Below, one piece after another: positions 59,912-64,000 of a stretch of DNA of 64,000 nucleotides. How positions within the stretch are numbered: position 1 is the first letter of the stretch; every line of letters begins with the position of its first letter. Position numbers and translations under genes: made by a program. The notes under the pieces were generated by a model, which was given only the letters and a program-made list of their open reading frames with translations, made no database searches and was not told where the DNA came from. The stretch is from a virus: positions 77,062 to 141,061 of the IMG/VR virus record IMGVR_UViG_3300021425_000008, one strand, 5' to 3'.

Positions 59912-60603
59912 CATACGACTTTTCTTTCGCACATTCACCAGAAGGATTCGATAATCACATCGACAAATCTATTCGGGGGTACTCAAACCTTCTCGATGAC
60001 ACTGTATCGTTCTCTCGATACTTCGTAGAAGATCATACCAAAGTCGTTGATGTGGGTTGTTCTACTGGTAAACTGACCAAGATGATCCTTGCCAATAATC
60101 AGTCTCGTAAACAAACTCAATATGTAGGTGTTGAACTTGCTGGTGGGTTCTATGATGACTTGGATGAGAGATACAAAGAGATCCGTAAAGACTACCCTTG
60201 GGCGATTCTGGATTTTGTTCGTGGTAATGTCACCAACTATGAGTTCAAAAACTGTTCTCTGGTGACATCATTGTTCACTCTTCAGTTCATGCCAAAGACT
60301 ACTCGTCAAGATACAATCAATAAAATTTATGAGGGTCTGAATGAAGGTGGGGCATTCATCTTTGCAGAGAAGTTGATGTGTGAGAATGCGTTCTTTCAAG
60401 AACTACTGACATTCAACCACTATGACTATAAAAGAAAATCATTCACTGCAGATGAGATCATGGACAAGGAGAAAGAACTACGTGATATGTTGAAACCAAA
60501 TACTTGGGAAGAACTCAAGTCTATGATATGGTGTGCTGGGTTCAGAGACTGTCAGATCTTCTGGAGAAACCATCAGTTCGTTGGAGTTATTGCTATCAAA
60601 TAA
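59908..60603 (+). CDS. cmoA: CmoA-like carboxy-S-adenosylmethionine synthase
   Basis: GYSN, DVGCSTG, FTLQF, KIYEGLNEGGAFIFAEK and HYDYKR match CmoA family motifs in order along the whole length. Confidence 0.85.
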   Translation: MTYDFSFAHSPEGFDNHIDKSIRGYSNLLDDTVSFSRYFVEDHTKVVDVGCSTGKLTKMILANNQSRKQTQYVGVELAGGFYDDLDERYKEIRKDYPWAILDFVRGNVTNYEFKNCSLVTSLFTLQFMPKTTRQDTINKIYEGLNEGGAFIFAEKLMCENAFFQELLTFNHYDYKRKSFTADEIMDKEKELRDMLKPNTWEELKSMIWCAGFRDCQIFWRNHQFVGVIAIK

Positions 60604-60648
60604 ACTGGCACAAGGGACCTAGACAGGTCCCTTTTTTTATTGTATACT
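60603..60648 (+). promoter_or_regulatory. Combined terminator and early-type promoter (copy 3 of the element)
   Basis: AACTGGCAC; AAGGGACCT/AGGTCCCTT hairpin plus T tract; TAGACA-N17-TATACT. Confidence 0.75.
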
Positions 60649-60707
60649 TTGATTGGACGAGAGCAATGGTGCCAGTGTCCATTAAAAGGTCATAGGAGGC
60701 CAAATAA

Positions 60708-62054
60708 ATGTTATACACTAAACAAACCCCAACCATTCGTGAATTTCGTGACACGATGTATCACAAAACAGAATGTCAACCAGTAGGACAACGACTTCCT
60801 GTTTATTCAAAAGACAATGCAAAAAGCATTGGAATTATTACAACCCTCTTAGATGGATATGATATCGGAACGATTACAGTAATGAAACTGAATCGTCAAC
60901 AAAAACGTGCTGCTGCAAAAGTAAAGTTTGAATTTGAAAGTATTGATGGTGGTCACCGTAAGCGCTCTTTGTATTCATATCTACAAGACGATTTCATGGT
61001 TCGTGGGAAATATTTCTCACAACTTTCAGAAAAAGAACAAGATGCATTTCTAGACACTGAACTTTCATTCACTGTTTACAACGCACTTGATTCTGCAACA
61101 AAAGGACACATCTTTCGCACACTGAATAAAACAACAGATGTGAATTTCATTGAGATGCTTAACTCATATGGAGACATTTCAGTTGCAAACTTTATTCGTG
61201 AAACAGTTCGTACTGTCAAACAGATTGACAATGAATGCAATACTCTTTTTGAATTCACCTTGAATGCAAAAAGTGAGCCAAACTACACATACCTTTCCTT
61301 TGACAACGACCGTCTGAAACAAGACCATGCGTTTGCTCGTATTGCACATCGTTATATTCAACATCCAAAACAGTTGCTTGGTGGTTCGTCTGATACTGAA
61401 CTTGAAGCAATGTATGAAGATTCAGAATTGACAATGAAAGATATTCCAGTTGCGAAAATCAAAGCACACCTAGATTTCTTACGCAAAGTTGCAATGTATC
61501 GAAAGCAACAGTTCAAAACTGGACTTACACAGCATGACTTCAAAGCACTTTCATACCTTTACTTCTATCTTTCAGATACCTATGGTACATTTACCATTCC
61601 TGATGCAGAAGAATTTTTCAAGGCATATGCTCGTGCAAACTCATCACTAATGAATAAGGATGGAGACTATGCCGAGGTTATTCACGAACCTTCTGGTTAT
61701 AGTGTACAGGTGATGTACAAGAAGTATATTGCTGCTCCTTGGGATGGTAAAAAGATTTCTACTGCAATATCTTATCTTGTTGGAGAAATGGGTGATATTG
61801 AAGATATCATTGAAACACGAGACAACAACCGTTCTTTCACTGTAAACGAGAAGGAGGCAAAACTTGCCGAACAGAATTTTGTTTGTGCAGTCGATGGAAA
61901 AAAACTTGAGTGGGATGATGCACATGCTGCTCACATCACTGCACACGCAAATGGTGGACGTACTAAGTATAGTAACCTTGCAATGGTTCGTGCCTGTTAT
62001 AATAAAGAAATGGGTACAATAGACTTGAACGAATACAAAAAATTGTGTGTATGA
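60708..62054 (+). CDS. DUF262 plus C-terminal HNH protein (GmrSD/SspE-like nuclease)
   Basis: DUF262 motifs QR, IDGGHR and FRTLN; C-terminal HITAHANGGRT..SNL.....YN HNH-like segment; AGGAGG SD. Confidence 0.75.
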   Translation: MLYTKQTPTIREFRDTMYHKTECQPVGQRLPVYSKDNAKSIGIITTLLDGYDIGTITVMKLNRQQKRAAAKVKFEFESIDGGHRKRSLYSYLQDDFMVRGKYFSQLSEKEQDAFLDTELSFTVYNALDSATKGHIFRTLNKTTDVNFIEMLNSYGDISVANFIRETVRTVKQIDNECNTLFEFTLNAKSEPNYTYLSFDNDRLKQDHAFARIAHRYIQHPKQLLGGSSDTELEAMYEDSELTMKDIPVAKIKAHLDFLRKVAMYRKQQFKTGLTQHDFKALSYLYFYLSDTYGTFTIPDAEEFFKAYARANSSLMNKDGDYAEVIHEPSGYSVQVMYKKYIAAPWDGKKISTAISYLVGEMGDIEDIIETRDNNRSFTVNEKEAKLAEQNFVCAVDGKKLEWDDAHAAHITAHANGGRTKYSNLAMVRACYNKEMGTIDLNEYKKLCV

Positions 62055-62866
62055 TTGACATTATCCTCAGTGATATCATCTCTCAAGAAGTCCCTACAGA
62101 TGATGTGGGGATTTTGTTGTCTGGTGGTGTAGATAGTTTAAGTCTAGGGTTTGCAGCAGACCGTGCAGGTAAAAGAGTTGATGCATATACTTTTCATCTT
62201 GAAGGTGATAAGTCATATGATGCTTTGAAAGCAGAAGAAGTATCCTCTAAGTTTGGGTGGAACTGTAAGACCATTGTTGTCCCTAAAGATAATCTTGCTC
62301 AAGACTTTCTCCGTCTTGTGAAAGACTACGATTGTAGAAAGAAGACACACTTTGAGTGTACGTTTCCTTTCCTCTATGTCTTCCCTGAAATCACAAACAA
62401 GTACTTACTGAGTGGGATTGGTGCAGACGGATATTATGGTGTAAGTAAGAAAGCAATCCTTCACTTCAAAACACCAAAAGAAAAGTTCGATCAATTTAGA
62501 CGTAACTACTTCATGCCACATAATGTGACAGGATTTCGACAGATTGAACAACTGTGTAATGAAAGGGATATCAAACTCATCCACCCATATATCTACCATG
62601 ACGATGTAAAAAGTTTCTTCTTTCAATATGATTGGTTCGAACTAAACAAGCCAAAACAAAAACAGATTGTAAGAGATGCATTTGCTGATGAGTTTGGTCG
62701 TATCAAAGCGGTAAAGGATCATATCAATCTGCAACTTGGTTCAAATATTGATCACTTGTTTGAAACACTCTTAGATGATAAGATGCTAAATAATCGTGGT
62801 AGGAAGAGGGTCATGGATCTCGCCTCTGACTACGCATCATCTGGACAAGGAACACTTCCATTATGA
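62051..62866 (+). CDS. Asparagine-synthetase-like ATP-dependent amide ligase (synthetase domain only)
   Basis: LLSGGVDS PP-loop, LSGIGADGYYG, PY and KQIVRDAF; no N-terminal Cys/Ntn glutaminase domain. Confidence 0.8.
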   Translation: MIDIILSDIISQEVPTDDVGILLSGGVDSLSLGFAADRAGKRVDAYTFHLEGDKSYDALKAEEVSSKFGWNCKTIVVPKDNLAQDFLRLVKDYDCRKKTHFECTFPFLYVFPEITNKYLLSGIGADGYYGVSKKAILHFKTPKEKFDQFRRNYFMPHNVTGFRQIEQLCNERDIKLIHPYIYHDDVKSFFFQYDWFELNKPKQKQIVRDAFADEFGRIKAVKDHINLQLGSNIDHLFETLLDDKMLNNRGRKRVMDLASDYASSGQGTLPL

Positions 62867-63981
62867 AACTGCCATATAAATTACAAGACGTTTATGACGG
62901 TGAGGCTCAATCAAAGTTCACCGTGATCTCTACCTTTGCTGGTGGTGGAGGATCCTCTACAGGATATCGACTCGCAGGTGCGAAGATTTTGTGTATCAAT
63001 GAGTTCGTGGAAGAAGCTAGAAAGACATATGCTGCAAACTATCCATCAACACCGATTGTCCCTGATGACATCAAACAACTAACGGGTGGTGACTTTCTTA
63101 AGATCACAGGATTGAAACCAGGAGAACTTGATATTCTTGATGGATCACCACCATGTTCTGCATTCTCTGTTGCAGGATCTATGTGTCGTGGTGAGGGATC
63201 TAAACACTCTGATGGATGGGGTAAGACAAAGAACTATTCTGATGGTAAGAAAGTAGAAAACATCGAAGATTTGTTCTTTGAATTTATTCGTGTTGCCGAA
63301 GGTATTCAACCAAAAGTTATTGTTGCTGAGAACGTCAAAGGATTGACAATTGGTGAGGCAAAGACTTATTATGCAAAGATTACCAATGCCTTTGAGGATC
63401 TTGGTTATCTCGTCACATCAAAAGTGATGAAGTCATCTCACTACGGTGTAGGTCAGGCAAGAGAACGACTCATCTTTATCGCGGTTCGTCAAGACATCGC
63501 AGATAAGATTGGTTTGAATGTACTTACAGTATCTTCACTCTTCCCTCCCACGTCATCTAAAGATACAACCATCGGTGATATTATTGATGGAGTTGAACAA
63601 GATCCTGAGTACATTCAGGGTCTTGTCGATCATATGACAAAGAGTGGTATCTACAAAAAAGTTGTGAGTAAGATGCCAAAGGATCCTAAAAAGATTCTAT
63701 CTGGCATGGACTACCACGAGAAAGGTCATTGTTTCAATACGAAGAGGGCATCATTCTATAAACCCTCTCCGACCTTGACAGCAAGTGGTGGTCTGATACA
63801 CTGGAAGGAAGACAGAGTTCTTTCTGTTCCAGAACTTAAGCGCATTCAATCTCTCCCTGACGACTTCATTCTTACTGGCTCTCACTCACAACAAACTGAA
63901 AGAGTTGGTAGAATGGTACCTCCCCTCATGATGAAGGCAATCGCCGAAAACATTTACAAAGAAGTTCTATCTAAATTATGA
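62863..63981 (+). CDS. C5-cytosine DNA methyltransferase-fold enzyme, predicted carboxymethyltransferase
   Basis: Motif I FAGGGG, motif IV GSPPC (C98), motif VI ENV, motif VIII QARER, motif IX RIQSLPD, and motif X variant VGRMVPP. Confidence 0.9.
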   Translation: MKLPYKLQDVYDGEAQSKFTVISTFAGGGGSSTGYRLAGAKILCINEFVEEARKTYAANYPSTPIVPDDIKQLTGGDFLKITGLKPGELDILDGSPPCSAFSVAGSMCRGEGSKHSDGWGKTKNYSDGKKVENIEDLFFEFIRVAEGIQPKVIVAENVKGLTIGEAKTYYAKITNAFEDLGYLVTSKVMKSSHYGVGQARERLIFIAVRQDIADKIGLNVLTVSSLFPPTSSKDTTIGDIIDGVEQDPEYIQGLVDHMTKSGIYKKVVSKMPKDPKKILSGMDYHEKGHCFNTKRASFYKPSPTLTASGGLIHWKEDRVLSVPELKRIQSLPDDFILTGSHSQQTERVGRMVPPLMMKAIAENIYKEVLSKL

Positions 63982-64000
63982 AACTACTTACTCTCGAAGA
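63978..64000 (+). CDS. Start of the next coupled ORF (MKLLTLE...), truncated by the window end
   Basis: ATGA overlap with the methyltransferase stop codon. Confidence 0.5.

Noticed and set aside
59908-60603. Annotation as a tRNA cmo5U methyltransferase
   Set aside because: CmoA makes the cofactor rather than modifying tRNA, and no cmoB or tRNA gene is visible in the window.
62863-63981. Annotation as an ordinary Dcm-like methylase
   Set aside because: Motif X Asn-to-Arg and linkage to cmoA and an amide ligase argue for carboxymethyl transfer; residual methylation is not excluded.
1-64000. tRNA genes, CRISPR arrays, integrases or transposases
   Set aside because: Intergenic gaps are short, and none shows a cloverleaf, repeat-spacer pattern or such enzyme motifs.
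1-64000. Inferring the modification target site from k-mer depletion
   Set aside because: It cannot be counted reliably by eye and needs a Markov-normalised k-mer analysis.

Overview
This 64-kb window is part of a T4-like cyanomyovirus genome (Kyanoviridae-like), with every credible gene on the + strand. 1-38 kb is the virion module: gp7-like baseplate (5'-truncated), gp9/10-like, gp8, DUF4815/VrlC-like, gp13-gp23 and gp3, with a shrunken gp16-gp17 variable region. 38-59 kb is the recombination, transcription and replication module (uvsY, uvsW, gp55, gp47, gp46, VWA-peptidase/cobS, gp45, speD, gp44, gp62, regA, hsp20, gp43, uvsX, gp41, mazG). The most striking element is a cluster at 59.5-64 kb encoding a ParB-like protein, a CmoA-like carboxy-SAM synthase, a DUF262-HNH (GmrSD-like) nuclease, a glutaminase-less asparagine-synthetase-like ligase, and a C5-cytosine 'methyltransferase' whose motif X Asn is replaced by Arg. 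Together these predict DNA cytosine carboxymethylation (5cxmC) followed by ATP-dependent amide hypermodification, possibly paired with a discriminating nuclease. Other signals: a ROSE-like RNA thermometer before hsp20, a protease-segmented basic polyprotein next to a protein with a capsid-targeting-like N-terminus, a probable deletion-fusion ORF, a baseplate protein with a blue-copper ligand set, and a repeated early-promoter element. All homology calls come from motif recognition; no searches were run.
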